A stretch of 64,000 nucleotides of DNA, from contig CM102284.1 of the NCBI GenBank assembly GCA_046563655.1, positions 5,952,001-6,016,000 on the forward strand, given 5' to 3'. Both the position numbers and the translations under genes were made by a program. Numbering within the stretch: position 1 is the stretch's first letter; the number at the start of each line of letters is the position of its first letter. This document shows, piece by piece, positions 63,340 to 64,000 of this stretch. The notes under the pieces were generated by a model. The model saw nothing but the letters and a program-made list of their open reading frames with translations. It ran no database searches and had not been told where the DNA came from. Source of the DNA: Yuukianura sp. NJ FZ-2021 (taxonomy: Eukaryota).

Positions 63340-63624
63340 GTTACATCACTAAACTAACCATCATCCGAGCCTCATAGCGTCCACTTTTACAAATCCAAAG
63401 CTATAAGCGTTCCAGTTCTCCAGTGCGACCTTCACTTGGCCATCTAACGCTAAAAAGTGCTACGCAGCGGAGTTAAAAACTAGCTAGCAACAACTTTTAG
63501 TTTATTTACAAACTTTACAAAAATTATTTGCCAATATTGCAAGTACCATTGAAGTTGATTGACGTCCGACTCAACTTCAGCTAAACTGGACCACATTGCT
63601 ACATGGAGTGACAATATTGCATCA
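63340..63624. promoter_or_regulatory. Candidate C/EBP-ATF (ATF4) response elements in the presumed first intron of 4E-BP
   Basis: ATTGCATCA at 63616-63624 (canonical CARE/AARE) and GTTACATCA at 63340-63348. Confidence 0.45.
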
Positions 63625-64000
63625 TTTACTTCATCATCAGTTCATCACATCATCATCATCCAAGTCTAAAATGAACAATTTTGCACAACTTCACTGTGAC
63701 CATCAACAACCTACTGCGTAGTCACACTCACTCTCATAACTTTCCAAATTCCAAAAAATCCATTCCAACCCTAATACAGTTCAACTTAAAACCACTTTTG
63801 ATGGAAAAATGCCAAGAATAGGAAAACATTAGCCATAAGGCTATCCACATCCACACGAGTTCCATTAATTTCCTGTGTCAATGCCATCTAAATCCGTAAT
63901 TTACAAAACCAAAACACTACGCCGTACTTCTCAAACAAAAATCGTAGTAAAGTACGTTAACAACAAAAGACAGTGAAGAGACGAGAGAAGTTACAAAAAA

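Overview
This is a gene-dense, AT-rich eukaryotic window with short GT-AG introns. The proteins are arthropod-like; a springtail-type hexapod is plausible but is only an inference. Gene models were spliced by hand with intron-phase checks. Gene order: PKC-delta (-), with three candidate alternative first exons including a giant 2.4-kb one; an HSPA12-like protein with a ~680-aa disordered N-terminus and degenerate ATPase motifs (-); neuroglian-like (-), without the canonical TM/FIGQY tail; NIT4-type nitrilase with a His-rich tail (+); luciferase/4CL-like pseudoenzyme starting MGC (-); single-Ig Sidestep-like gene (+); TRIR/C19orf43-like with a Q-rich N-terminus (+); a minisatellite and non-autonomous repeats; glucosidase II alpha (-); taxilin (+); an intronless secreted repeat protein (+); rumi/POGLUT1 (+); mitoguardin (+); mRpL1 (-); a palindromic MITE; cyclin A (+); and the last two exons of 4E-BP (-). 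The most notable points are a possible C1-less PKC-delta isoform, a run of apparent pseudoenzyme or decoy paralogs between 13 and 35 kb, and strong over-representation of perfect AGGTCAnAGGTCA (DR1) motifs. No prokaryotic-type system, CRISPR array, RNA gene or autonomous transposon was seen.
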